In this document: piece by piece, positions 39,727 to 52,299 of the stretch | Numbering within the stretch: the first letter of the stretch is position 1 | How the letters are laid out: each line of letters opens with the position of its first letter | The notes under the pieces: generated by a model | What the model was told of the DNA's origin: nothing | Database searches by the model: none | The model's input: the letters and a program-made list of their open reading frames with translations, nothing else | Program-made: the position numbers and the translations under genes | Assembly (NCBI RefSeq): GCF_004010195.1 | Contig: NC_057750.1 | Span: 3,837,450-3,901,449, forward strand | Direction: 5' to 3' | DNA from: Chiloscyllium plagiosum | Lineage: Eukaryota | DNA length: 64,000 nucleotides

Positions 39727-40690
39727 GTAAGTAAACCTAATTTGTGGATTGTTTTGTTTTGTAAACAGTGGGTAAAATTTAAAATTGTAATTTTATTTAG
39801 TTGTGTGCTCTTAGAGAAGTAGTTTATTGCAGCCTATTTAAGTTTTTTTCAACCAGTTACTATATTAATGTGTTAGCTTTAAACTGAGATGATTCCTGTG
39901 TCATGTATACCACACCACAGTTTTACTGCGAGACAGTCTGTAGCTACCAAGAGCATTGCCTGGCGTCAGGACAGGAAAGAGCTCTGCTGTGAATTTCATC
40001 ACAGAATCACACTCTCCCCTCGTAAATTTGGAAGAGCTTTGAAAATGAACTGGAATAATGCTCCGTTGTGGAGTCCATCTCATGCAAGTTCCACTTTCTG
40101 AAGTGGGTCAAAAGAAAACATCATACTCTTGCATTGCAAGTCTGTTAGTTATTTTTAGACTGCAGTCACTGTTGTGTAACATTAAGATAAATGATCTTTA
40201 GTAGTACAACGGGTAGACCATTTCCTGTATTTTTTTTTTAAAAAGGCTTTGTTTAACTGTTCATATTCTATTCGGTGCACATTGTAATTTCAAACTCTTG
40301 GAATACACGAACTTGTGAATAATAATTTTGTTAGATGTTGATGCTTAATAATAGAGTTGTAAGAGTTATAAATGGGTTTTGCTGAGAATAAAACTTGAAT
40401 GAAGTTTGAGAGGGCTCCTTTAGGTTATAATGTTCTCTCCATCTCTGAAACTAAAGAATAGCCCCAATATTTATTTTAATCTTTCTGTAGAAATGATTAT
40501 TTTATTGCCAGTATTGTATAAGATTCCTCACTTTGTGCTTCTCATGCTCGGGTCACTGTCTCACAATGTCTGTTCACTCCATTGACATGGTCAGTGAGGA
40601 GAAAGTGAGGTCTGCAGATGCTGGAGACCAGAGCCGAAAATGTGTCGCTGGAAAAGCGCAGCAGGCCAGGCAGCATCCAGGGAACAGGAG

Positions 40691-40726
40691 AATCGACGTT
40701 TCGGGCATAAGCCCTTCTTCAGGAAT
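40691..40726 (-). ncRNA. minimal type I hammerhead ribozyme motif
   Basis: Minus strand reads attc-CTGAAGA-a-GGGC-ttat-GCCC-GAAAC-GTC-gatt. Confidence 0.7.
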
Positions 40727-41335
40727 GAGGAAAGTTTGTCCAGCAGGCTAAGATAAACTCCCCCCTCACCTCCCTCCAAGGCCCCAAAGGAAACTTCCAT
40801 ATCCGCCACAGATTCACCTGTACCTCCACACATATCATCTATTGCATCCTCTGTACCCGATGTGGCCTCCTCTATATTGGGGCGACAGGCCGCCTACTTG
40901 CGGAGCGTTTCAGAGAACACCTCTGGGACACCCGGACCAACCAACCCAACCACCCTGTAGCTCAACATTTCAATTCCCCCTCCGACTCCACCAAGGATAT
41001 GCAGGTCTTTGGACTCCTCCATCGTCAGATCACAGCGAAACGACGGTTGGAGGAAGAATGCCTCATCTTCCGGCTAGGAATCCTCCAACCACAAGGGATG
41101 AACTCGGATTTCACCAGTTTCCTCATTTCCCCTCCCCCCAGCCTGTCTCAGTCAAATCCATCAAATTCAGCACCGCCTCCCTAACCTGCAATCTTCTTCC
41201 CGACCTCTCCGCCCCCACCCCAATCTGTCCTATCACCCTCACCTTGACCTCTTTCCACCGATCACATTTCCGACGCCCCTCCCCCAAGTCCCTCCTCCCT
41301 ATCTTTTATCTTAGCCTGCTGGACAAACTTTCCTC

Positions 41336-41371
41336 ATTCCTGAAGAAGGGCTTATGCCCGAAACGTCGATT
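41336..41371 (+). ncRNA. minimal type I hammerhead ribozyme motif
   Basis: attc-CTGAAGA-a-GGGC-ttat-GCCC-GAAAC-GTC^gatt: CUGANGA and GAAA cores, 4-bp helix II, GUC triplet. Confidence 0.72.
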
Positions 41372-42135
41372 CTCCTGTTCCATGGTCAGTGAGGAGTTTA
41401 CCTCCATATTTAGTCTTCACCTTATTGAGTTGCTGTAACGCCTCGCAACTGAGTGTGAAATGTGCATCTGCAACCAGTAGCTCAGGTTATTGCAGCTTGT
41501 GTGGCTATGAGAAGCTGCTGTGGTTTACTGTGTAACCACATTACTTGGCCCAGCTCTGTTCCCAGTTAGCCTGAGACCCTAATGTTGCAGTTTACTATGG
41601 AGCCAATTTGGGTCATGCAAGGATGATTGTGTTACACACAAAGAGGAAAATTTGCCTTGAGCATCTCTCTCAAACTGTAATAATGATATTTCAATACAAA
41701 CATCCAACAAAGTCTTGTGAGCCAATTAGTTTGTAGACTGGCTGGGGGCTCCTTCAAATATAGTATGCTCCACATACTACTAATTTTCCATTTAAACCTA
41801 ACCACCAGCTATTGAAACCTCAGAGGTGGGGCAAGGGCCAATGGTGCTTGTTAGTCTCTGGTGAATCTTAATCCAACACTGCTGCAGGAAGAATGCCTGT
41901 GAACAGACCATGCATCAATGAAAAACAGAAGTTCTTTGTTCTTTACGACATTTTTGGAGTGATTTTAAAGTAGGATGTTTGGTTCCTTCCATTAAATTAA
42001 ATTTAGTTTATATGAAACAAGCTACATGGGCATTGACTCCCTATCAAAGGTTGTTTCTACTCCTGTAACTAAATTAATTGTATATGGGTGTGTGCTATAC
42101 GCATGTGTCCTCTCTTATTTTCTTCCCTGATTCAG

Positions 42136-42264
42136 CTGCCTCTAGAATGATTGCTAACAGTTTGAGCAGAGAGTCCCCACCTTCTACCCCTGTCCGGAGA
42201 CCTGAAACAAGCACTTCCAAGATATCCGTCACTGTGGCCAACAAACTCGCCACAAAGAAAGCAG
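42136..42264 (+). CDS. C19orf47: C19orf47 exon 5 (ASRMIANSLSRESPPSTPVRRPETSTSKISVTVANKLATKKA)
   Basis: gattcag| acceptor, |gtatga donor, phase 1 to 1. Confidence 0.93.
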
Positions 42265-43647
42265 GTATGAAAGGGAAATGAGACCTTTTGAAAATTGGTC
42301 ACCATTTTCCTGTTACCTTAAAGCATGAAGCTTTTGAGGTCGTGCACCCAAAGTAATGCATGCTTAGAGTTTGTTTATTTGCATTTCTTTCAACAACTCC
42401 CAAGGCTTTAGATTCTTTCTGCATTCCCTGATGAATACACGTTATAAAATTTGATGAGCTAAGGCAGAAAATAAATCCTACTGTAATGGATGATCATCCT
42501 CACCATTGTCTTCCTTTGCTTTCTAAGGGTACGCAGAGGTGAGAGGATTTGGGTCCAAGCTGTTGTTATATGGGTTCAGGCAGCTCTGTAGTACCTCAGC
42601 TTATCTGAACCCAAAACAATGATTGTCAATGGCTTATTTGAGTGAGAGAGGGGACCATTCACAGCTAAACCCAATTCTACCTTCACCTGTACCCAGATGC
42701 AACTGCTTCCCAACAAGTGTCATGGGGTAGCAAAAAAGGTTTGGGAACTATGGCAACTCCTTTTCTGCTCCAGACTAGAATACTGAGGAATAACCATGAT
42801 ATCCCAGCTACCATCCCTGGTCCTGTCAGCTTTCTGAAGGTCACTGATCAGGCCAACTGAATGGTGAGTTTATCTTTAGGAGTCTCTAGAAAGAAATTGT
42901 TAATTGCAAGGGAAGGATATGATAACAATGTACAGTCCTCTCTTCCCCATCCCACAGTTCGTTCAGTGTGTAATTGACAGGTACAAGTGTGAGATTGGAT
43001 TTAGATTCCCAGTTTATTATGCCATCTGCTGTATTTTCAGGCTGCATGTTTGCTTGGCCTTAAAGTGAAACTTTGTAAAACGTAACTTTGGCAAATTGAT
43101 GGAGTAATAGTTCCTTAATGTAGGCAGAATCCAGTGAAACATAGGCAAGAAATCTCCAATTTGACTTGCAGGAAAATTCTAAATATTGCTTTCTAACCTC
43201 CCCCTGAAGAATTTTGCCCAGTGGAATATTTTTTCTCTCTCTACACTGCTTGGGAACAATGGAATGGGCCACGCTGTCAGCTTGTGTATTGTGCATGTGG
43301 TTGGAGAGGTCACTGACTCAAACAGGGGTATTGTGTCATGACAAAAAAGCAATGGTGACCATCACATTTATTGACATTGCCTTTGAGTTACCAGTTACAG
43401 TTTATTGCTAATTTAGATTTGCCTTTGCTCTGAAAAATGCAAATTATTCAATTTTATTTCGGCAAAGTAAATACAAATGACAATTAGTGTTAAAAATTGA
43501 ATGATTAGATCATTTGAATTCTTGCATCAACTTCGAATTAACAATAAACTGTAGTAGAGTTTGAGAGGCAGGGAGCCTTAAAAGTTTCTAAGATGTTGTT
43601 TAAGGCTTCTGTATACCTTAAAATGACCATGAATGTTCATTGTTCAG

Positions 43648-43794
43648 TTCTCTCTAGACCAGCTGATCCAGGTCCCGAAACCTCTGCAAAGCGACGTCGT
43701 GTGACTGCAGAAATGGAAGGTAAATACATAATCAATATGCCAAAAGGAACAACTGCAAAAACTAAGAAAATCCTGGAACAGCAAGCCTCGAAAG
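43648..43794 (+). CDS. C19orf47: C19orf47 exon 6 (VLSRPADPGPETSAKRRRVTAEMEGKYIINMPKGTTAKTKKILEQQASK)
   Basis: tgttcag| is the in-phase acceptor (the nearby tctag| is out of phase); |gtaaag donor; NLS-like KRRR. Confidence 0.9.
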
Positions 43795-44121
43795 GTAAAG
43801 TGATCACACAGTGCTTACTGTTCAGTGACTGCTGCATGCTAAGACAGCAAGTATTCCTTATGTTGTAATGCAGACTGAGCCTGTCAATATCTTAAACTAC
43901 TAAACAGGGCTGCCAATTTTTGTTCCAACCCTAATATTACTGATTTTTATACTCTGGAGACTTGCAGCTGTTATTTTAGGCACTAGAAAGGTTCAAATTC
44001 TCAAGATACTAATTCTTCTAATTGAAACAAAATCCTAACCTTCAGGATTTCCCTGTCCTATGTTTAGAGGTGACTGATCTGATGCCAGTATTGTAAATGT
44101 TTGCTCTTGTTCTAACTCCAG

Positions 44122-44192
44122 GTTTGCCAAGATTGTCTGTTTTTGATAGACTTGGTGCAGAGGCAAAAGCAGACACCACAACTGGGAACAAG
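44122..44192 (+). CDS. C19orf47: C19orf47 exon 7 (GLPRLSVFDRLGAEAKADTTTGNK)
   Basis: ctccag| acceptor preceded by a ctaac branch point, |gtgagg donor, phase 1 to 0. Confidence 0.93.
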
Positions 44193-45795
44193 GTGAGGCC
44201 TGAATGAGATGTAGCTTATTCTTTGTAAAAAGCAGATTGCTTGTTTCTTTGGTGAGCGAGTCAGATAGCATTTGAAACCTCGACATCAAGTTCAAATCGC
44301 ACCACTGCTAGTTGAAAATTTGCATTGCTAGCACCAGCAGAAAAATGACCTTACTGGTTCATTAAACACCTTTGAGAAAGTAAACCAATCCTTCTGTTCC
44401 GTCTCATCCACGTATGATTGAGCTTCCATGCTGTGTACTTGATTTCTAAAACAGTGATGGTGAGCATGAAAACTACTATTGATGTAAAGCTCATGTGCTT
44501 GGAGAAAGGATATCTGCCATCCTTATCTAGTCTGGTCTACATGTGACTCCAGAACCACAGCAATGTGGGGTTGACCCTTAACTGCCCTTTGAAAAGATTT
44601 AACAAGTTACACAGTTCAGGGGCAATTAGGGATAGACAACAAATACAGGCGTTGCCAGTGACACCTGCACCTCATAACAGAATAAAGAGAAAAGGAGGAC
44701 AACTATCTACTATCGAGACATTTATAAGCAGAGGAACTGGCAAATACCAACCAGCATGTGAGCCTGTTCTGTCATTTAATGCGATCGTAACTGATCTGGA
44801 GCAATCTACCGTGTGTCCATACTTTTTTTTTTAAACATTTTTTTAATATCAAAAATCTATCTATCTCCAGTTTGAAATGCTATTTAAAGTGATCTTGTCA
44901 GTGTCATGTCTTGATATGGTCATGGTGGCATAGTGGTTATTCTGCTGGACTAGTAATCGTGAGAAATTAGTTCAAGTCCTATGATAATATGATTAACTCA
45001 AAACTGCCCTTTGAAATGGCCTAATATTGTATTCAAGAATATGGTTTACCAATTCTCAAGGGATTAGGGATGGTGAATCAAACATAACTTCCTCGCTTTT
45101 GTGATGTAAGGAGTCATCAACAGCGTCATCAAGCAAACCATGCCCAAAAATAGCCTGCTCATCAATGATTAATTTGGGTTTGGTCAGGACCACTGAGACC
45201 AAGAATTGAACCCTTGATAAGGTAGTAAGTGCCCCAAAATTTAGGTGTAATTCATGTGTTATATTTAAACAATATTAAAAATCTAAAACAAAATCATGAT
45301 GGTAAATTAGATGTATTTTCAAAACCAAGATTTCACATTCATATTATGAGTGTTTATCAAATCTAAACTTCGTAAATTAATGAAGGTTTAACTGAAGGAA
45401 TAAACAGCTGAATCTCTTGATGTTTTCCAAAGTTGAGGAAATCCAAATAGAACAGAATTCTATTTTAAATGAATACATTTGTGTGTATGATTTCCGATAA
45501 TTTAAATCCCAGCTGCCTTTATTCACTTCATACTGAACCCTACTCGCCCACCAACGCATTCTTAATGAGCTGTAATGTCTTTGTTTTTAAAATGATTACT
45601 TTTGCAGTTTAATCCTTTCATGGCTTCATTTCTCCCTACCTCTAACATCTTTCTCCCTCCCTGAACGCTTTAACTCTCACATACCTCCCTGTTTTGCCAC
45701 TTTATAAAACATTAATTTGACTCATCTCGAATGCTATTTTCAATTCTGGGCACCAAACTTTAGGAAGATGCGAAAGCATTAGAAAGGGTGCAGTA

Positions 45796-46702
45796 GATTT
45801 GGGACTAGAAATCTCTATAGAAACGTGGAATGATATTTGGGAAAACGCTAGAAGAATTACTATCTGTAACAGAACCCAGGCTATCCAGCTGAAGATACTT
45901 CATAGGGCCCATATAGCACCAGTTCGACTGGCAAAATTTAAGGCAGGAACATCTCCAATGTGTCCCAAATGCAAAATAGAGGTGGGCACTCTTGTACATT
46001 GCCTATGGACCTGTCATAAGATTCGTAGATATTGGACTAAAGTAGCAAGTACGCTGACAGAAATTTTAGGAACGGAAATTAAAGTGGACCCTGTATCTCT
46101 CCTTTTGGGCTTTTCGAACTTTCCCTCCCTGGACATGTATGGGAAGAGACTATTTACTATTCTTTCTTTCTGTGCAAGGAAAAATATTTTGGTGAACTGG
46201 GTGGCTGAGAGCCCCCCTGGACTTTCAAATTGGCACAGATTAATTATGGAATGTATTCCCCTTGACTTCCTTACAAATATGGTGCACCCGAAAGACCGAA
46301 TTATTTTATAAAATATGGCAGCCCTTCTTGAATTACATAAATACAAATATTTCGGTTATCCTAACAAGGGCTTTTATTTAATTGAGATTACAAACCTGGC
46401 TGGTCCGGGGCCCCTTAGGAGAGGAATCCCACACGAATACGGGTTTTATTGCATCTGATGTTAATACATTCCGAGCATGTAAGAGACTTAAATATACACT
46501 CTGGTTAGTTGTAGGTTAGATTAGTAGATAGTTGAGTTTTGTTTTTTTTTCTTTTTCGGTATTTTTTTTTTCTTTTCTCTTGTTAAATTTTGGCTATTGT
46601 ATATTTGATTTAATTGTATATCAATGTTTATATTTGAGAGTTTTGTTTATTTTTGTAAACTTGTAAAAATGTTAAATTTCTAATAAAAATATCTATAAAA
46701 AA
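45796..46702 (+). mobile_element. 5'-truncated L1/Tx1-clade LINE
   Basis: ORF2 C-terminal zinc-binding region (KILHRAH...CPKC...LVHCLWTC), T-rich 3' UTR, AATAAA at 46682, A-tail; TSD aaagggtgcagta at 45783-45795 / 46703-46715. Confidence 0.9.
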
Positions 46703-46757
46703 AAAGGGTGCAGTAAAGCTTCACAAGTCTGAGGCTTCCGTTGCAGGAATATATGGT

Positions 46758-47076
46758 GGGCGGCACGGTGGCACAGTGGTTAGCACTGCTGCCTCACAGC
46801 GCCAGAGACCCGGGTTCATTTCCCGCCTCAGGCGACTGACTGTGTGGAGTTTGCACATTCTCCCCGTGTCTGCGTGGGTTTCCTCCGAGTGCTCCGGTTT
46901 CCTCCCACAGTCCAAAGATGTGCAGGGCCAGGTGAATTGGCCATACTAAATTGCCCGTAGTGTTAGGTAAAGGGTAAATGTAGGGGTATGGGTGGGTTTC
47001 GCTTCGGCGGGTCGGTGTGGACTTGTTGGGCCGAAGGGCCTGTTTCCACACTGTAATGTAATGTAATGTAATGTAA
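46758..47076 (+). mobile_element. HE1-like V-SINE (young)
   Basis: Complete head and V-domain, (TGTAA)5 tail. Confidence 0.93.
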
Positions 47077-48559
47077 ATATCAGATAAGCTGGGACTATTC
47101 TGCTTCGAAAAGAGAAGGTTGAGGGGCTATTTGTTAGAGGTGTTCAGAATCACCGAGGTCTAGACAGAGTAGAGGAGAGAGAAACTGATAGAAGGGTGGA
47201 GAACCAGAGGACACTGATTTAAACAATTGGCAAAAATAGTGCCAGAGACAGCGTGAGGATAATTTTTTTTACAAAGCAGGTGATTAGTATTTGAAATGTA
47301 CTTCCTGAGTGTGCGTTGGTGTTAGATTACTGTACTCATGTCTCTGCTTCTGGGCACATAAGTCACAGGAGGCAATTATCTAATAGTATTATTGTTGGAC
47401 TGTTAATCCAGAGACTCAGGTAATGTTCTGGGGTCCTAGGTTTGTGTCCTACCATGGCAGATGTTTGAATTTGAATTCAATAAGTATCTGGATTAAGTGT
47501 CTCATGATGACCATGAATTAATTGTTGATTGTTGGGAAAAACCCATCCTGTTCACTACTATCCTTTAGGGAAGGAGACTGCCATCCTTAACTGGTCTGGC
47601 CTACATATGATTCCAGACCCACAGCAATGTGGTTGACCCCTAACTACCCTTGGGGTAATTGGCGATGGGCAATAAATGCTGACCTCGTCAGCGAAGGCCC
47701 CTCCCCCCCCCCCCAGTCCTATGAATGATTTTTTTTTAAAAGCCTTGCAAATTCTCTCACTGGTGCCCCAACCTTCCTCTCCTCTGTTGTGAGCCTCTTT
47801 GAAATACACTGATTGTGGCCAAGCCTTTGGTAACCTCTATCCCCAGTTGACTCAGCATCCATTTTCTCCTTCTGATGCTTTTGACATACCTGGGGATGTT
47901 TTTCTAAAGAGAGAATGGCTTGCATACAGCAACTTCAGGACACTCCAGAATTTACATCAAAAGTTGCACCAGAATTTATTTTGAGAGTGTAGTGACTGTT
48001 GTAAAATGGGAATCATGGTCGCTAATTTGTGCACAGCAAGCTCCCACAACAGCAATATGTCAATGACCAGATAATCACTTTCTTGTGGTGTTGATTGATG
48101 CTACTTCAATCTATGTATAAATCGAAATAGAATGCTGGAAACTCACAGCTGGTGGATCAGCATCTGTTCAGAGTGAAACTGAACTAACATTTCAGGGCAA
48201 AGACTTTTCATCAGAACTGGCAGAAGTTGTAAATTTGATTATTTATATACACTTAAAAGGACTGTGGAGGTGAGATGGGAAAAAATAATAACGGTCTGGG
48301 GTAGCATGAAGCAAAAGTGTGATTAAATTATTAAAGGAGTAATGGCGAAAGGCAAGCTATGTGGAGTGTTGTTAAAGACTAAAGACAGTTTTCCAGTGGA
48401 TTTGTCAGTCATTAAACAACAAAGTTACAGACAGAATGTGCTCATAGATAGAGTTTGTTCTTGTGTCCAGACTTTGGGAGAAAGGAGTCGAGAAGCTTCC
48501 CTTCAAGGTAGGAATGTTAAAGAGTGATTTGAGGGGTAACCACCTTCTCTCTTGGTACT

Positions 48560-48678
48560 GTAATGTGGAAGTGCTGGTGTTGGACTGGGATAGACAAAGA
48601 TAAAAATCACACATAACCAGGTTATAGTCCAACAGGTCTATTTGGAAGTATAACCTGGTGGTGTGTGATTTTTAACTT
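48560..48678. mobile_element. short fold-back insertion from another Penelope-like family
   Basis: taaaaatcacaca..accaggttata / tataacctggt..tgtgtgattttta inverted; same terminus as 31965-32050, which carries a decayed CTGATGA...GAAAGCTT motif on the minus strand. Confidence 0.6.
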
Positions 48679-51600
48679 CATGGTACTGTGACCACAGTTT
48701 TAACAAAACACACTGTGTGGCATTTCCAGGAGGAAGGAGACCCATAAGTTATGGGAGAAACCAAAGTAACCAAATTAGTGTAACAAAGTTTCACCAGACT
48801 GATGCTTGGGGTAGCACAATGTGTCATTGAGGAGAGATCAGTTTGACTGTGTCTGTATTAACTGGAGTTTAGAAGAATGAATGGGATCACTTAAAATTTA
48901 GGTAGGGCTGGATAGACTGGATGTAGGGGTGATGCTCCCCTTGCTGGGGAGTCTAGAACAAGGGGTGGTAGATCATTTAGGGCTTATAGGAGAACTTTCT
49001 TCACTCTGAGAGTGGTGACTGTGGTGAATTCGCAACCACATTAGATAGTGGAGACCAAGTCACTGAATAAATTTAAGAGAAATATATATAGATTTCTAGA
49101 CAGTAAAGGGAAATGGAAAGAGCAGGATTATGTCATTCAGATAGAGGATTACATGCCGAATGGTGGGAACTGGCTCGATGGACTGAGTGGCCTACTCTGG
49201 TTTATATTCTCTGTTTTGAAGTGAGTTTCTTATGAGCAAAGCAAGGACTTCTGAGTGCAAGTGTGTAACAGACATGAAAGAGTAGGAGGATAGAATTTAT
49301 TTCACAGCTGGAGTACTGTAACTGCAAAGCCTGGGCTAATTAATTATAGTTACTAAGTCGTAAATCACATCAGAATTCAAATTGGTTAACAGTACAAAAG
49401 CATTCTCCATTGTTTTTTTCTGGTTGCTTCACACTGGGCGATAATGTTTCTTTTCTTCCAACCGAAATACAAAATAATTTCTCAGTCATCAGCTGCATTA
49501 ATTTTATGGGTAGTTGACTGAAGAATCAGTTAGGTTAAAGCATACTGGTGTTGGATCGTGGTGGAGCATTCATTGGACTGTTTTAGATGGAATAGAATAA
49601 CCTTTATTGTCACACATACGCAGTGAGTACAGTGAAAAGTTTATGTCGCCAATTACAGCATCAACTTGGATACAAAAGTACCTAGGCACAGCTTCTTCAG
49701 TTACCAACATTTTAGACGCTACAGAAATAAAATGTCCAGCAATACAGAAATAAAGTTAAGAACAGCAGACCATGCTGGCACCTAGCTTCCACTCCACACC
49801 AGGTGCTGAGATCCTTTTGTTTCTCACTGATTACACCAAGTCGGATGGTATATATGAGATGAAGAAAAATTACTTCAATCAAAGGGTTGTGAAGTTTTGG
49901 AATTGTCTGCCCCTGAAGACTGTGGCTACTCCCATTGTTGAATATATTTAACCCCGGGATCAATAGGTTTTTGGTTTCTCAGAGTATCAAGGAATATGGA
50001 AAGTGAGTGGGAAATTGGAGTTGAAGCTCAAGATCAGCCATGAACCGATTAAATGGTGGAGTAAACTTGACAGGCCATGTGGTCTACTCCTACACCTGTT
50101 CGTATATTTTGTGTTTTTGTATAAATGAAATGTTACTGTTTGGTGTATCTGCAAATGGGAAACAGATAATACTGGAAATGCACAGCTAATCAATCATTTT
50201 CCACAAGTGAAAGACACAACAGCTTTAAGTGAAACCCTTTGTCTGAAATAGTAAGAATTCTTCTAAGGGTCAAACCTGAAACATCAGCTCCCTGTTTCCC
50301 TTTTGGGGCTGACCAACCAGTATTTTGAATTTGTTGGATAAACAGGACTACAACTGATTGATACGACTGGTCCGATTATTCAAGGCAGCTACTGGGTGAC
50401 TTTAAAATTAATTGAGAAGTATGTTTGCATTGCATTTTATGTTTTAGGGACCTCACTCATGAAATGTGGCTTTTGGCTGGTCAGGTTTTTGTCCTTGAAG
50501 GTATTTGTGCAAATTTTGGGAGTAGTTTTTATTTTGTTATTCACCAGAAGCTATATGTCTTCAGTTTCTGGGTGAATGTTCTCTTTATTAATGCACTGTC
50601 TGCTTTATGCAATCTCTCCTGTACTTATAAGTGTGTAATATATACATTATTTTAAATAAACTGTGCTCTGTAACAAAAGCAAAATGATAGAGAAATTATT
50701 CACATTCCATGTTCTTCTAATGTTGTCAGGTTTGCCCCTTTAAATTACCAGTTTATAATGAGATTGGGACAACCCTTCAAATGTCTGCCGACCTATCCAG
50801 TACACTATGGCATTTCATCATAAATTCAAAGCAATGTGCATCTGACAAGGAATAAAGCAGAATATAACACAGGTTAGGATGATGGGGCTGGAATGGTGGA
50901 CACTAGTGTATGTGCACAGTGTGCCTCTATATATCAGTTACTGATTGACCTCTCAATCCATTAAGCACAAACCATTATTAAAAATGATCCAATAAAAAAT
51001 GGTTTAATAACTTTTTTTAACTAACAAGAATCCCACAAACCATTTTCTTTGAAATTGCTGTCTATTGTAATATTATTTGTTCAAATTCCCATCTTATGCC
51101 ATTCCATCCTTCCAGTGCCATTCTTTTCATCCCTCCCCTGTCATTCCATAGCAATCCTCCTTCCTATCCCCCTTTTCCAAAGCTGCCGTGTATTTTGAAG
51201 CAGTTTTGGAAAGTTGCTGCGGTGATAAAATGTGCTGCTGCCACTGTACATTGGTGGTGATGGGGATGAACGTTGGAAGTGGTTGAAGGGGTGCCAGTCA
51301 AGCAGTCAGCTTAGTCCTGGATGTGTTGAGCTTCTTGAATGTTCTTGGAGCTGCACGGACCCGGGAAAGTGGAGAATATTCCGTCACGCTCCTGACTTGT
51401 GCCTTGTAGATAGTGGACCAGCTTTGAAGAGTTAGGAAGTGAGTTATGTGCTACAGAATGCCCAATCCCTGACCTCCTCTTGTAGTCACAGCATTTAAGT
51501 GGCCAATCGTGTTCTGTTTCTGATCAGTGATATCCTCCAGAGCTGTTATTTGTTGGAATATTATTTCCTACTTTACCTGAACCTGTCACCATTTTGAATC

Positions 51601-51759
51601 CTTCCAGCAGATCATTTACTTTGCTCGAATGAAAAGAGCCCCAAACTCTTTGGTCTTTCACCTTATAGCTCGAAAATACGCAGTGGTATTAGTAGGTCAT
51701 GACTGCACTTTAAATTAAGCAGCTGATTTATCTTTGCTGAAATTCTGCATCTCTTTTAG

Positions 51760-52299
51760 CCAACAGGAGTCTTCAGCCGTCTGGGTGAAGTTGTCAATCA
51801 AAAGAAAGAGAGCAGTGATGAGGATGATGCCGAGTCTGTGCTTCAGTATGCTGGAGTCTTGAAGAGAGCCCCAGCTGCAACTGCAAAGGAGAGCACAAAG
51901 CTCACACTAACAACCACGGAGAAAATCTTGGCTGCCAAAGCCAAGAATACAGTTACCACAATAAGGCGGTTGTCTCTCCCTAAAGCCAGCAGCAGGACAG
52001 TCCCAAGCAGTGAGCCCACAGCAGCAGCATCCACACTCAGATTGCAGTCAGCAGCTAAATCTAAGGTCAGTGTCAGACAGAGACTGGGGAGGCCTAGTGC
52101 CACAGAGGCAGACACACAGGACAACAAAGTCACCAGCACCAAAAGTCGAGGCAGCCCCGAGTTCACTGTCACCATCAAGAACACTGCACGGACTGCAGTT
52201 AGTACCAAAGTGACCAGCAGCACTGAAGGTCGCCTTGCTCAGATGGATTCCACAGGAACTGTCAGTGTATTTGAAAGGCTGGGGAAGAAGCTGAAATAG
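51760..52299 (+). CDS. C19orf47: C19orf47 exon 8, last coding exon (PTGVFSRLG...SVFERLGKKLK*)
   Basis: cttttag| acceptor, phase 0; 180 codons including TAG; contains SVLQYAGVLK and QMDSTGTVSVFERLG. Confidence 0.95.
   Translation, partial: PTGVFSRLGEVVNQKKESSDEDDAESVLQYAGVLKRAPAATAKESTKLTLTTTEKILAAKAKNTVTTIRRLSLPKASSRTVPSSEPTAAASTLRLQSAAKSKVSVRQRLGRPSATEADTQDNKVTSTKSRGSPEFTVTIKNTARTAVSTKVTSSTEGRLAQMDSTGTVSVFERLGKKLK

Larger units (their letters stand above)
40602..41380 (+). mobile_element. young Penelope-like element with inverted pLTR
   Basis: GIY-YIG 3' part; perfect 77-bp inverted repeat 40681-40757 / 41305-41381; perfect 16-bp TSD catggtcagtgaggag at 40586-40601 / 41381-41396. Confidence 0.95.
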
